Source: Minisyncoccia bacterium
GTDB lineage: Bacteria; Patescibacteriota; Minisyncoccia; Phycocordibacterales; SBAW01
Reading direction: 5' to 3'
Length of the DNA: 58,777 nucleotides
NCBI GenBank assembly: GCA_049997855.1
Contig: JBEKSG010000006.1
Span: 1-58,777, forward strand
Part shown: one piece after another, positions 1-10,006 of the stretch
Layout: the number at the start of each line of letters is the position of its first letter
How positions within the stretch are numbered: the first letter of the stretch is position 1
The notes under the pieces: generated by a model
Told to the model about the DNA's origin: nothing
Databases searched by the model: none
What the model saw: the letters and a program-made list of their open reading frames with translations, nothing else
Made by a program: the position numbers and the translations under genes

Positions 1-244
1 GGGGTGTCCCAAATCGCTTGAGCAATATATTCGTACGGACGCCCCGCTTTATGCGGAGCGGATTACTGTGAGGCACATGCTGTAGCGGCAAAGAATCGCG
101 CGAGTTTCACAGAGAGTTCGTAAGATTGTCAGCGAAGCGAATGGAAACGATTACTAAAATAAATGATAGATAAATACACTGCAAAACAAATGATACTGGA
201 ATGACACCTGCCTACGACAGGCAGATGTCTACACAATATCAGGG

Positions 245-274
245 AAAAAGCCGCCCCGCAACGTGCGGGGCGGC
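245..274 (-). terminator. Rho-independent terminator downstream of clpP
   Basis: 10-bp GC stem GCCGCCCCGC/GCGGGGCGGC (250-274), followed on the minus strand by a T-run (complement of 245-249). Confidence 0.7.
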
Positions 275-290
275 TTCGTATACAAGGTCC

Positions 291-932
291 CTATTTTTTA
301 AGATTTGTGATGCCTTTTTGGGCAAAAATCTCATCAATCAGGCCGTATTTTTTAGCCTCTTCGGCGGACATAAAGTAGTCGCGCTCGACATCCTTTTCTA
401 TCTTTTTGAGATCCTGGCCGGTTACTTTAGCAAGGATTTTGTTGAGCCGGTCACGGGTGGCAAGGATATGTTTGGCGGTTATCTCGATGTCGGTGGCTTG
501 GCCTTGCGCGCCGCCCCACGGCTGGTGGATCATCACCTCGGCGTTGGGCAACGCAAAACGCTTACCTTTTTGCCCCGCTGCCAAAATAATAGCCGCCGCC
601 GACGCTGCAATGCCGACGCACACCGTGGCCACGTCGGGCTTGATATGATTCATCGTGTCAAGCATGGCGAGGCCCGCGGTTACCGAGCCGCCCGGGGAGT
701 TAATGTATAGATAAATGTCTTTTTTAGGGTCTTCGGACTCCAAAAAGAGGAGCTGGGCAATTACGAGGTTGGCGGTATAGTCCTCAATCTGCCCGCTCAA
801 AAAAATGATGCGCTCTTTGAGCAGGCGCGAGTAAATGTCAAAAGCGCGCTCGCCGAGAGGCGACTTTTCGATAACCATAGGCACGAGCTGGCCCTCTGCG
901 TCAGCGCGCGGGTGTTGTTTGTTGTGTTGCAT
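291..932 (-). CDS. clpP: ATP-dependent Clp protease proteolytic subunit
   Basis: 213-aa ORF with ClpP blocks [38 protein letters not shown]. Confidence 0.95.
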   Translation of the reverse strand: MQHNKQHPRADAEGQLVPMVIEKSPLGERAFDIYSRLLKERIIFLSGQIEDYTANLVIAQLLFLESEDPKKDIYLYINSPGGSVTAGLAMLDTMNHIKPDVATVCVGIAASAAAIILAAGQKGKRFALPNAEVMIHQPWGGAQGQATDIEITAKHILATRDRLNKILAKVTGQDLKKIEKDVERDYFMSAEEAKKYGLIDEIFAQKGITNLKK

Positions 933-963
933 GCACGTACTTTACGCCTTTTTTAAGTTCTTT

Positions 964-1881
964 TCAAGTTTTGCCTTCGAGGATTTTGAGGGCTTTCTCG
1001 TTCCTCAGGACTGTTTCTATATGGATTCTCAAGAGCTCTTGGTTAGCTTTGGGAAAGTGCTCTACCGCGTGCTTCATCTCCTTGTCTACCACGTTTTTAT
1101 CGGCGTCGATTTTTTCGTCAGCGGCAAGTTTGTTTAACACGAGTTGAAGTTTTGCGCGCTTTGTTGCCTGATCTTTAAATTCATTGCGAATCGCATCTTC
1201 GCTTTTATTTATTTGTTTAAGATAAATCTCAAACGTCATGCCAAAGCGCGCGACATCTTCGCGCATCTGGCTCATGATTTTATCGAGCTCGCTCTCGACA
1301 AAAATCTTTGGCACTGCCACTTGCGTCTTTTCGAGCAATGCGTCGATTATTTTGCCGCGGCGGATGTCTCGTGCCATATAGTCTCGCGCTTTTTGCTCCT
1401 CTTCCGGCGATGGCGGCGGTTCCGTTTTTGGCAATTCGCCAGTATAAGGTTCAAGCGGAATTTTGCTTGCGATATCCTTCCAATTGTTTGGGATCATCAC
1501 GGTAGGATACACGGCCGTGCGCACGGTAAGCCCTACCGGCTGGCCCGAGGCAAGCTTGGTAATGCGGATATCGGGGCGGCCCACGGCGTCTGTGGCGTGC
1601 TCGGTGATGAGTGCCGGATACAGGTCGCGCATGAGCATCTCCACCGACTCCTCAAGCGCCGCTATCTCGCCAACTTTTTTAAGTGCAATGTCGGCGGGTA
1701 CATGACCTTTACGAAAGCCTGGCAACTCAAGCTCGCTTGCGATGTGCGCGAGCGCTTCGTCTTTGTAGAGCGCCACAACACGGCCGGGAATCTCTCCTAT
1801 AAACTCAACTTCCGACTCGGGGAGCTCTTTGCGCGCAAATGTTTTGCTTATGTCCGGCCAGTTGATCTCCTTTTTTGTCAT
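964..1881 (-). CDS. tig: Trigger factor, short form without the central FKBP/PPIase domain
   Basis: 305-aa ORF. The N-domain ribosome-binding signature GFRKGHVP is followed directly by a helical C-domain. The start overlaps the ppa stop by 1 nt. Confidence 0.8.
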   Translation of the reverse strand: MTKKEINWPDISKTFARKELPESEVEFIGEIPGRVVALYKDEALAHIASELELPGFRKGHVPADIALKKVGEIAALEESVEMLMRDLYPALITEHATDAVGRPDIRITKLASGQPVGLTVRTAVYPTVMIPNNWKDIASKIPLEPYTGELPKTEPPPSPEEEQKARDYMARDIRRGKIIDALLEKTQVAVPKIFVESELDKIMSQMREDVARFGMTFEIYLKQINKSEDAIRNEFKDQATKRAKLQLVLNKLAADEKIDADKNVVDKEMKHAVEHFPKANQELLRIHIETVLRNEKALKILEGKT

Positions 1882-2468
1882 TACTCTGCCAATTGAGGTT
1901 TGTAGTCTTTTGCGTAACGTTCCATGCTCTCGCTCACAATCTTAAGCGCATCTCCCGCACTCACAAACTCGCCGACAACGCCGGTGCCCGGCTTTTTAAG
2001 CGCTTTGTAGTTTTCCCAATAGTACTTGGTTTCTTTTACAAAATACTCGCCCAAGTCCTCAACCGACTTGATATGGTCGACGCGCTTGTCGCTTGCGAGT
2101 ACGCCAATTATTTTATCGTCCACCTCGCCGCCGTCGACAAACTTCATCGCGCCGATGATGCGCACCTCGGCAACCGAGCCCGGAACCAGCGGTTCCGTTA
2201 CTCCCGTGATCATGATGTCGAGCGGATCATTATCGAGATCCCAAGTTTGCGGTATCGCGCCGTAGGTAAACGGATAGGCGAGTGATGAGTAGCCCACGCG
2301 GTCGAGCTTGAGCTGGCCCGACTCGGTGATAAGCTCATATTTATTAATCGAGCCTGCCGAAACTTCCACAATGGTATTAACCACCCCTTTTGCTTCATCC
2401 TCGAACGGCGGGAGCACGTGCAGGAGGTTGAGCATGTATCGACTTGGTTTTTGATTGATGTTTGCCAT
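1881..2468 (-). CDS. ppa: Family I inorganic pyrophosphatase
   Basis: 195-aa ORF; YPFTYGAIPQTW and DNDPLDIMI motifs. Confidence 0.9.
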   Translation of the reverse strand: MANINQKPSRYMLNLLHVLPPFEDEAKGVVNTIVEVSAGSINKYELITESGQLKLDRVGYSSLAYPFTYGAIPQTWDLDNDPLDIMITGVTEPLVPGSVAEVRIIGAMKFVDGGEVDDKIIGVLASDKRVDHIKSVEDLGEYFVKETKYYWENYKALKKPGTGVVGEFVSAGDALKIVSESMERYAKDYKPQLAE

Positions 2469-2500
2469 ACAAGATAGACTACCACAATTATTTTTAATGT

Positions 2501-3628
2501 TTACTCGGCAATCTCTGCTGACTCGGCGACCTTTGCGCCGCCTATCGACTGGATGTCGATGCGCCAGCCGGTAAGTTTGGCGGCGAGGCGCACGTTTTGT
2601 CCGCCGCGGCCGATAGCAAGGCTTTGTTGGTCCTCGGCAACCTTGATATTTGCTTTATGCTCGGCCAGGTCGAGCTCAATTGAGGCGATGCGCGCGGGAG
2701 AAAGCGCCTCCTCGATAAACGACTTGGGGTCGTCACTCCACTCGATGATGTCGATTTTTTCACCGCCGAGTTCGCTCGTGACGGTGGAGACGCGCACGCC
2801 GCGCTGGCCCACCAAAGAGCCGACCGGATCGACGTGCGGGTCGCTCGAAGCAACCGCCACTTTGGAGCGGCTGCCTGCCTCGCGCGCGATTGCCTTAAAA
2901 GTAACCGTGCCATGCGCGACTTCGGGCACTTCCATTTCAAAAAGTTTTGCCAAAAATTGCGGATTGGCGCGCGAGAGGCGCAGATAAATGCCCCGCGGCG
3001 ATTCTTCCACTTGATAGAGAAGTCCGCGGATGCGCTCGCCCTGGCGATAGTGCTCGCCCGGTATTTGCTCGTCGTACGGCAAGATGCCGGTGGCGCGGCC
3101 GAGGTCGATGTACATATTGCCGCGCTCCATGCGCTGTACGGTGCCGCTCACAATCTCGCCCTGGCGTTTGCCAAACTCGGCAACCACCGAGACCTTCTCG
3201 GCTTCGCGGATTTTTTGGATGATCACTTGCTTGGCGGTTTGTGCGGCGATGCGGCCGTAATCCTCTTTAACTTCAAGCGGGAAGACCAGCTCATCGCCCA
3301 CTTTGGCATCGCGCTTGATAAGCTTGGCGTCGGCAAGCACAATGTGCTGCTCGGGATTAAAGCGCGGCAGCTCTCCCTCCTCGGCTTCATCATCTTCGTC
3401 GGCAAAACGCACGGAACTTTCGTCGACCACCTCTTTGATTTGTTGAAACTCGGTGGTGCCGGTGTTGAGGTCGACATGCGCGCGGATAATTTGTCCGCGC
3501 TTGGCGTACTCTTTTTTATAAGCGGTGGCAAGCGCGGCTTCGATGGCCTCGACTACTTTCTCGCGCGGGATGCCGCGCTCCTCCTCGAGTTCGCCGAGTA
3601 CGCTGTTCATTACTTTTAGGTCAAACAT
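2501..3628 (-). CDS. nusA: Transcription termination/antitermination factor NusA
   Basis: 375-aa ORF; N-terminal domain, S1 domain (GEIVSGTVQRMERGNMYIDLG) and two KH domains (GQRGVRV, GRGGQNVRLA). Confidence 0.92.
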   Translation of the reverse strand: MFDLKVMNSVLGELEEERGIPREKVVEAIEAALATAYKKEYAKRGQIIRAHVDLNTGTTEFQQIKEVVDESSVRFADEDDEAEEGELPRFNPEQHIVLADAKLIKRDAKVGDELVFPLEVKEDYGRIAAQTAKQVIIQKIREAEKVSVVAEFGKRQGEIVSGTVQRMERGNMYIDLGRATGILPYDEQIPGEHYRQGERIRGLLYQVEESPRGIYLRLSRANPQFLAKLFEMEVPEVAHGTVTFKAIAREAGSRSKVAVASSDPHVDPVGSLVGQRGVRVSTVTSELGGEKIDIIEWSDDPKSFIEEALSPARIASIELDLAEHKANIKVAEDQQSLAIGRGGQNVRLAAKLTGWRIDIQSIGGAKVAESAEIAE

Positions 3629-3814
3629 GTGTTTGTGTTAAGGCGATTCCTTAGCTTTGGAAGGTTTCGCCTTTGATTTAATTAGTAGTATTTTCGGAAT
3701 ATCCGGTTTATTAACAAAAAACTACCCACGCGGGGCAGTTACCAGATGCTCAAAAGGTACTCTTATAAACCCCAAAAGTCAAGAAAATACAGTTTTGTCA
3801 TATATAATAGAAGG

Positions 3815-5356
3815 ATGCAGAAGGCGGTGGGGTGGTTGGAGACGGAGTTTTTGAGCGATGACGAGATGCGCCGCGCCCGCGCTAAGGCGGCGGGCGTCCC
3901 CTTTGTTGTGCTCCTGCGCGATGACATCGTGCCTGAGGCGCTCATGCTTATCCCCGAGCCGCTCTCGCGCACGCACGGCGTGGTGGCCTATCGCAATCAC
4001 GATGGCACCGTGGAGGTTGCTATGCTCGACATCGCCGCGCTCGAACATCTTGCCTTTTTGCAATCACATATAAAAATACGGCCGCGCCTGACCGATCAAG
4101 CCTCTATCACGCGAGCCTTGCAAATGTATCAAAAGCATTTGAAGGAAAAATTTGGCGGTGAGCTCCAAGCGGGGAGCGCCGAGGCGCTCGTGCTCCACGC
4201 GGCTCTAAGCCGCGCATCCGATGTGCACCTTGATGTTTCGCCCAAGGGCACGCGCGTGCGCTATCGCATACAAGGTGCGCTCCACGAGGCGATGCACCTT
4301 GGTGCCGAGGCAGGTACCGCCCTGGTACAGAGTATTAAATCGGCTGCAAAACTTTTCCCCATAGCTGTTGCTCAGGAGGGCAAATATAAAATCGCACCAT
4401 CAGAACAAGAGGGCGAGACCGTGCTGGTGAGTGTTGCCAATGTTCCGGGAGTCGATGGAGAAAAACTCATATTGCGGCTCTCGAATGAGTATGCCGGACA
4501 GCGCGGGTTTACACTCTCGGCACTCGGCCTCCATGGGGCGGAGCTTGAGCGTGTGCACCGGATGCTCCACGCGCGCTCGGGGCTCGTGCTTATTGCGGGC
4601 AAAAGCGGAAGCGGCAAAACTACGTGCGCTTACACGTTACTTGACCAACTTGAAGAGAGCCGCACATCAATCGTAACAATCGAAGAGGAAATAGAGCATC
4701 GTCTGCCGTATGCGACGCAAACGCGCACGCGCCCCGAGACAGGGTTCACCATGCAAGCGGGTGTGCGCGCGGCACTCCGCACCGACTCGGATGTTGTGAT
4801 GATTAGCGGTATCGACTCGGCCGAGGTTGCACAGTTGGCGCTTGAGGCGGCCAACCGCGGCATGTTGGTGTTTGCGGCAATCGATGCAAAAAATGCTTCG
4901 TATGCGATAGAAACATTATTGTCATTTGATATATCACCGCGGCTCATTGCTGCTAACTTACTTGGTGTTGTGGGCGTGCAGATTGCTCACAAGCTCGGCG
5001 AGGGCAAAGAACCGGGAGAAAAACTTTCGCGCGAGGATGGCGCGCGGCTCGAGCAAAAGGCCGACTTTGGCCGCGTACTCGCCGCGCTTAAAGAGGAGAG
5101 CCAAGTGCACGAGCATTCCGCATGGAAAGACATTGTTTTTTACAAATCGGAAAATGGTAAGGGATACGTTGGTATACAAGAGGTACTCGCCGTGACACCC
5201 GTGCTTAAAGAAATGATTTTACAAAAGGCGGGAGCGGAGGATATAGAGGCTACCGCTCGGGAAGAGGGCATGCTCACCTTTGCCGAAGAAGCCCTATTTA
5301 AAGCCGCACAAGGCTCGATATCTCTCGAAGAAGCCGTCAATCTCGCCAGCGAATGA
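3815..5356 (+). CDS. Type II/IV secretion-system ATPase (GspE/PilB family)
   Basis: T2SSE N-domain and Walker A GKSGSGKTT. The ORF opens at 3746; I prefer the ATG at 3815 (MQKAVGW...). Confidence 0.8.
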   Translation: MQKAVGWLETEFLSDDEMRRARAKAAGVPFVVLLRDDIVPEALMLIPEPLSRTHGVVAYRNHDGTVEVAMLDIAALEHLAFLQSHIKIRPRLTDQASITRALQMYQKHLKEKFGGELQAGSAEALVLHAALSRASDVHLDVSPKGTRVRYRIQGALHEAMHLGAEAGTALVQSIKSAAKLFPIAVAQEGKYKIAPSEQEGETVLVSVANVPGVDGEKLILRLSNEYAGQRGFTLSALGLHGAELERVHRMLHARSGLVLIAGKSGSGKTTCAYTLLDQLEESRTSIVTIEEEIEHRLPYATQTRTRPETGFTMQAGVRAALRTDSDVVMISGIDSAEVAQLALEAANRGMLVFAAIDAKNASYAIETLLSFDISPRLIAANLLGVVGVQIAHKLGEGKEPGEKLSREDGARLEQKADFGRVLAALKEESQVHEHSAWKDIVFYKSENGKGYVGIQEVLAVTPVLKEMILQKAGAEDIEATAREEGMLTFAEEALFKAAQGSISLEEAVNLASE

Positions 5357-5400
5357 CGGGGGATGATATAATTTTAAAATGAGCTTTTTTATTTGCGCTT

Positions 5401-6183
5401 ATGAATAAGCGCCGCCTCATAGTCGCCAACTGGAAGATGTATATCAGCACTCCCGAGGAGGCAAAAAAGTTTGCCACCGCTTTGCGGCGCAAGGCGCGCG
5501 TGTTTGCCGGTGTCGACGCCGTACTCGCACCCTCGTTTACCCTTTTGCCGCTCGTGTCTCTCGCACTTAAAGATTCGTCGATAAAAACGAGCGCGCAGAG
5601 CATCTCGGTGTTTGAAACCGGCGCGCACACCGGCGAGGTTGGCGCAAAGATGGTTAAAAATTTTGGCGCAAGCTACAGCATTGTTGGCCACTCCGAGCGT
5701 CGCGCGCAGGGCGAAACCGACACAATGGTGTGCGCGCAGCTTGGTCATGCGGCAGTGGCAGGCATTACTCCTATTTTGTGCATCGGCGAGAGCGAGCGCG
5801 ATGCCGCAGGCGCCTACTTGGGTGTGGTGGCAGGACAGTTGCGCGAGGCGCTTAAAAGTTTTCCTGCCAGTAAAACAGGGGCTAAAACATCTGCGGTACC
5901 GAAACTGGTTATTGCCTACGAACCGGTGTGGACTATAGGCAAAAGCGCCAATGAGGCAATGAAGCCATCCGACGTACGCGAGATGAGCATTTTTATCAAA
6001 AAAACATTGGCCGAGCATTTTGAGCGCACGGCGGCCCTGCGCGTGCCGATACTCTATGGCGGCTCGGTGGAGCCGAGCAATGTGGCCGCGCTTATTGAAG
6101 AGGGCGACATCAACGGATTTTTGGTCGGGCACGCGAGCATTACCGTCGATTCGTTCGTAGAGATATTACAAGCATGCAAGTGA
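5401..6183 (+). CDS. tpiA: Triosephosphate isomerase
   Basis: 260-aa ORF; VANWKM, IVGHSERR, AYEPVWTIG, YGGSV motifs. Confidence 0.93.
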   Translation: MNKRRLIVANWKMYISTPEEAKKFATALRRKARVFAGVDAVLAPSFTLLPLVSLALKDSSIKTSAQSISVFETGAHTGEVGAKMVKNFGASYSIVGHSERRAQGETDTMVCAQLGHAAVAGITPILCIGESERDAAGAYLGVVAGQLREALKSFPASKTGAKTSAVPKLVIAYEPVWTIGKSANEAMKPSDVREMSIFIKKTLAEHFERTAALRVPILYGGSVEPSNVAALIEEGDINGFLVGHASITVDSFVEILQACK

Positions 6184-7145
6184 AAGGCGTACAAGATGCG
6201 GAGGTGGCAGGCAAACGCGTACTGCTACGTGTCGACTACAACGTGCCGATCGAAAACAGCGTCATCACGAATGACTCGCGCATGCGCGCAACGCTGCCCA
6301 CTATCAACCTTTTGCGCGACAAAGGCGTAGCAAAAATTATGTTGGCGACGCACCTGGGTCGCCCCGGTAGCAAAGTGGTCGAGGAGTTGCGCACGGCGCC
6401 GCTTTTTGCACACTTGCGGACGTTGACCGACACTGCCAACATCGATATGCTCGAAAATCTGCGTTTTAATCCCGGTGAGGAAAGCAATGACCCCGCGTTT
6501 GCGGCAGAGCTTGCCTCCAAAGCGGATATATTTGTCAACGACGCGTTTGCCGCGTCGCACCGGGCACATGCCTCGATAGTCGGCGTTGCAAAATTGTTGC
6601 CCGCATATGCCGGTTTGCTTATGGAGCGGGAAATAGAAAAACTCTCCGCGGCGCTTGCGCCGCAAAAACCCTCGCTTGCCATTGTGAGCGGCGTCAAACT
6701 CGAAACAAAATTGCCGCTTATCGAAGTATTGGCAAAGATATACGACAAACTATTAGTGGGCGGCGCTTTAGCTGATGAGTACAAAGGCGGAGCGGTAAAT
6801 GTGTTGTTACCGGAAGATGGCATTCCCGAACGCGAACATATGTTTGATATCGGACCAAAGACGCGCGCAGTGTGGGCGGCAGAGATACAAAAAGCTGCGT
6901 TTGTATTATGGAATGGTCCTGTAGGTATGTACGAAAAAAGTGAGTACAGTGGTGGCACTAATGCTTTAGCGGCGGCACTCGCAAGCTCCGGAGCGCACGC
7001 AGTAATTGGCGGCGGAGATACTGATGAAGCGCTCGCGAAAGTACATTTCGACCCGGAAAAAGTTTTTATCTCAACCGGCGGGGGCGCCACGCTCGAGTTT
7101 GTAGCGAATGGCACGTTGCCGGGCATTGAAGTGCTCAAAGTCTAA
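6174..7145 (+). CDS. pgk: Phosphoglycerate kinase (short, 323 aa)
   Basis: RVDYNVP, ATHLGRP, NDAFAASHRAH, GGGDT, STGGGA motifs. Overlaps the tpiA end by 10 nt. Confidence 0.88.
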   Translation: MQVKGVQDAEVAGKRVLLRVDYNVPIENSVITNDSRMRATLPTINLLRDKGVAKIMLATHLGRPGSKVVEELRTAPLFAHLRTLTDTANIDMLENLRFNPGEESNDPAFAAELASKADIFVNDAFAASHRAHASIVGVAKLLPAYAGLLMEREIEKLSAALAPQKPSLAIVSGVKLETKLPLIEVLAKIYDKLLVGGALADEYKGGAVNVLLPEDGIPEREHMFDIGPKTRAVWAAEIQKAAFVLWNGPVGMYEKSEYSGGTNALAAALASSGAHAVIGGGDTDEALAKVHFDPEKVFISTGGGATLEFVANGTLPGIEVLKV

Positions 7146-7484
7146 CTATATTTCTTGCCCGTGATCGTTGAGTGTACGCGGAATGAGATGTACGTGCACG
7201 TGCGGCACGTCCTTGCCGACAATCGAGAGATGTATGTAATCGGCGTCGTACTCCTGTTTTAATTGCGGTACCATCTCTTTGACGATAGTGAATAGTTCGT
7301 GATAGAGATCATTAGGCAAATCCTGGAACCACGTGTAGTGTGCCTTTGGAATAAGCACCGTATGTCCGGGAGATTTTGGATGTATGTCCAAAAATGCCAA
7401 AAAACGCTCGTTTCTAAACTTTATCTCCTCGGGTTTTTTTGGTATTTTGCCAGAGGCTATGTTACAAAAAATGCAGTTTTCCAT
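7146..7484 (-). CDS. HIT-family nucleotide hydrolase/transferase
   Basis: 112-aa ORF; CIFC N-terminus and histidine triad HVHVHLIP. Confidence 0.88.
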   Translation of the reverse strand: MENCIFCNIASGKIPKKPEEIKFRNERFLAFLDIHPKSPGHTVLIPKAHYTWFQDLPNDLYHELFTIVKEMVPQLKQEYDADYIHLSIVGKDVPHVHVHLIPRTLNDHGQEI

Positions 7485-7507
7485 ATCTCTCTAGTATACT
7501 GATTTTT

Positions 7508-9238
7508 ATGAAGAAAACGTACCGTCTGCGTAAGCGAGCGCACGAGGATCTACTCCAAGACCTTTTGCTGGAACGCGGCGTTACGAGCATTGAGGCTGCG
7601 GAGCAGTTTTTGTCGCCTGAGTATGAAGGCGGCTCGCATGACCCATTTTTGTTGCCCGACATGGCGCGCGCGGTAGAGCGAATACTTACCGCTCAAAAAA
7701 ACGCCGAGCGCGTGGCGGTGTGGAGCGACTACGACTGCGACGGCATACCGGGCGGTGTCATGCTTGCCGATTTTTTGCGCATACTCGGGCTTGTCGTGAC
7801 GCATTACATACCGCATCGGCATCGCGAGGGTTACGGATTAAACCAAGAGGGTATCGACGAGCTTGAGGAGCAGGGTGTCACACTTGTTATTACCATCGAC
7901 CTCGGTACCACCGAGCACGAACATATTTTATATGCCAAAACAAAAGGTATCGACGTGATTGTTACAGATCATCACATTGTGACAGTTGAAGAATTTTCCG
8001 CGCAAAAGTCCTCGGGTCGCCTACAAGAGCTCAACCAGACTTTTGCACAAAAAATTCTTCATCCTGCGTACGCGTTGATCAATCCAAAACGCCCGGACTC
8101 GCAGTATCCTTTTGATGGCTTGTGCGGTGCGGGTGTTGCCTGGAAGCTCGTGCAAGCTATTCTTTTGAAGAATCGTCCCGAGGGTTTTGCCGAGGGACGT
8201 GAAAAATGGTATTTGGATTTGGTTGGCATAGCAACGCTGTGCGACATGGTGCCTTTGGTAGGAGAAAATCGTATGCTCGCGCACTTTGGTTTGCGTGTCA
8301 TGCGTAAAGGTCGGCGACCCGGCCTCGCGGCGTTGCTCAAACTGCTCCGCATCAAACAAGAGACGCTCACGGAGGACGACATCGGTTTTATGATTGGTCC
8401 GCGCATCAACGCCGCGTCGCGCATGGACAGCCCCGACATAGCGGCGCGCTTGCTTGCCGCGACCGATGCCGAGGAGGCGGGAAAATTGGCATACTCACTC
8501 AACAAAATAAACGACGAGCGCAAAGGAGCGGTTGCTGTCATCATTAAAGAGATCAACAAACGTTTGCTTGGCAGCGACTTGAGCAAGAGCCCGCTTATTG
8601 TGATGGGCAATCCCAACTGGCGCCCGGGCATTTTGGGCCTTGTGGCGAGCTCGCTTGCGGATACGCACGGCAAGGCGGTGTTTTTGTGGGGCAGGGAAGG
8701 CGGCGAGATAATCCGCGGCTCGTGCCGCTCCGACGGCACAATCAACGTGGTCTCGCTCATGCAAACCGCGGGCGATGTTTTTGATCATTTTGGCGGGCAC
8801 TTTGCCTCGGGCGGATTTTCGGTCAGCGAGGAACGCGTACACGAACTTGCCGCGCGCCTCAACGGTGCGTACGCAAGCTGTGAGCGTGCGGATGATGCGG
8901 CAGAAGAAGTTGTAGTAGACAGACAATCGGAATTGGCCGAGCTGCCCTTTGCGCTCAAAAGTTTGGAGCGGCTCGCGCCGTTTGGCGTCGGCAACGAGAA
9001 GCCGCTTTTTATCTTTCAAAACATATCCATTACCAACATACGTGCGTTTGGCAAAGGGAACGACCATCTCGAGCTCTCGCTTGAGCAAAACGGCGCGCAT
9101 AGCGGAGCTATAGCCTTTTTTGCAACACCGGCATCGTTTCAAAAAACATTTTCAACGGGCGACCGCGTTGACACGGTCGGTCACATCGAGCGCGACTGGC
9201 ATGGGCAGCCCCGCATCCGCATCGTCGATATTGTATAA
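7508..9238 (+). CDS. recJ: Single-stranded-DNA-specific exonuclease RecJ
   Basis: DHH motifs (SDYDCDGI, VTDHH) and DHHA1 GGH...GG. The start is moved to the ATG at 7508 because the upstream ORF part overlaps the HIT gene. Confidence 0.88.
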   Translation: MKKTYRLRKRAHEDLLQDLLLERGVTSIEAAEQFLSPEYEGGSHDPFLLPDMARAVERILTAQKNAERVAVWSDYDCDGIPGGVMLADFLRILGLVVTHYIPHRHREGYGLNQEGIDELEEQGVTLVITIDLGTTEHEHILYAKTKGIDVIVTDHHIVTVEEFSAQKSSGRLQELNQTFAQKILHPAYALINPKRPDSQYPFDGLCGAGVAWKLVQAILLKNRPEGFAEGREKWYLDLVGIATLCDMVPLVGENRMLAHFGLRVMRKGRRPGLAALLKLLRIKQETLTEDDIGFMIGPRINAASRMDSPDIAARLLAATDAEEAGKLAYSLNKINDERKGAVAVIIKEINKRLLGSDLSKSPLIVMGNPNWRPGILGLVASSLADTHGKAVFLWGREGGEIIRGSCRSDGTINVVSLMQTAGDVFDHFGGHFASGGFSVSEERVHELAARLNGAYASCERADDAAEEVVVDRQSELAELPFALKSLERLAPFGVGNEKPLFIFQNISITNIRAFGKGNDHLELSLEQNGAHSGAIAFFATPASFQKTFSTGDRVDTVGHIERDWHGQPRIRIVDIV

Positions 9239-9246
9239 CTATATCT

Positions 9247-9972
9247 ATGGGAAAAGATACTGATACGATAATTATTTTTTGTGACGGAGCTGCCAAGGGC
9301 AATCCGGGCCCCGGCGGATGGGGCGCTTTGGTTGCCACGCATGCGCGTGTGCAAGAGCTCGGCGGCAAAGTTGCGCATACCACCAACAATCGCATGGAGC
9401 TCACGGCGGCGGCCGAGGCTCTTACCTATGCGGGCAAATTCTCCGGCAAACAGATTGTGATGCACACCGATTCCTCTTATGTAATCAACGGCATTACCAA
9501 GTGGGTACAGGGATGGAAAAAAAACGGCTGGAAAACAAAAGATAAAAGAGAAGTGTTAAACAAAAATTTGTGGATGCAGCTTAATGCCACCGTGCAAAAC
9601 ATTGCTGGTAGCATCACATGGCGTTATGTCGGCGGGCACGTGGGTGTTCTCGGCAACGAGCGCGTCGACGCTATTGCCTCCGATTTTGCGGAGGGTAAAA
9701 AAGTTAAACTCTATAACGGTCCACGCAGCAAGTATACAATCGACATAACAAACCTCGGGCGCGACGAGAGTTTACATAAAGAAAAATCGGCATCGCGAGA
9801 GCGTTCCAAGGCAAAAGCCTACTCCTATGTAAGTAAAGTCGGCGGGAAAATCGCCACGCACAAAACATGGGGCCAGTGCGAGGCGTGCGTCAAAGGCAAA
9901 GTGGCTCGCTATAAAAAGGCTCTCTCGTCGGAGGACGAAGCGTCCATCATTAAAGAGTTTTCTTCACGCTGA
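9247..9972 (+). CDS. rnhA: Ribonuclease HI with a C-terminal hybrid-binding-like domain
   Basis: RNase H core (FCDGAAKGNPGPGGWG, TNNRMEL, DSSYV, GNERVDAIA). The C-terminal about 50 aa (YSYVSKVGGKIATHKTWGQCEACVKG..ARYKKALSSEDEA) resemble an RNase H1-type HBD. Confidence 0.85.
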   Translation: MGKDTDTIIIFCDGAAKGNPGPGGWGALVATHARVQELGGKVAHTTNNRMELTAAAEALTYAGKFSGKQIVMHTDSSYVINGITKWVQGWKKNGWKTKDKREVLNKNLWMQLNATVQNIAGSITWRYVGGHVGVLGNERVDAIASDFAEGKKVKLYNGPRSKYTIDITNLGRDESLHKEKSASRERSKAKAYSYVSKVGGKIATHKTWGQCEACVKGKVARYKKALSSEDEASIIKEFSSR

Positions 9973-10006
9973 TAGACAAGTAACTTAATTTTGGTACAAC
10001 TGCCGC

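Noticed and set aside
1-200. The minus strand contains ACGAACTCTCTGTGAAAC, reminiscent of 5S rRNA loop C (CCGAACUCAGAAGUGAAAC).
   Set aside because: I could not build helix I, helix II or the loop E region around it. The resemblance is limited to about 15 nt, so no rRNA call is made.
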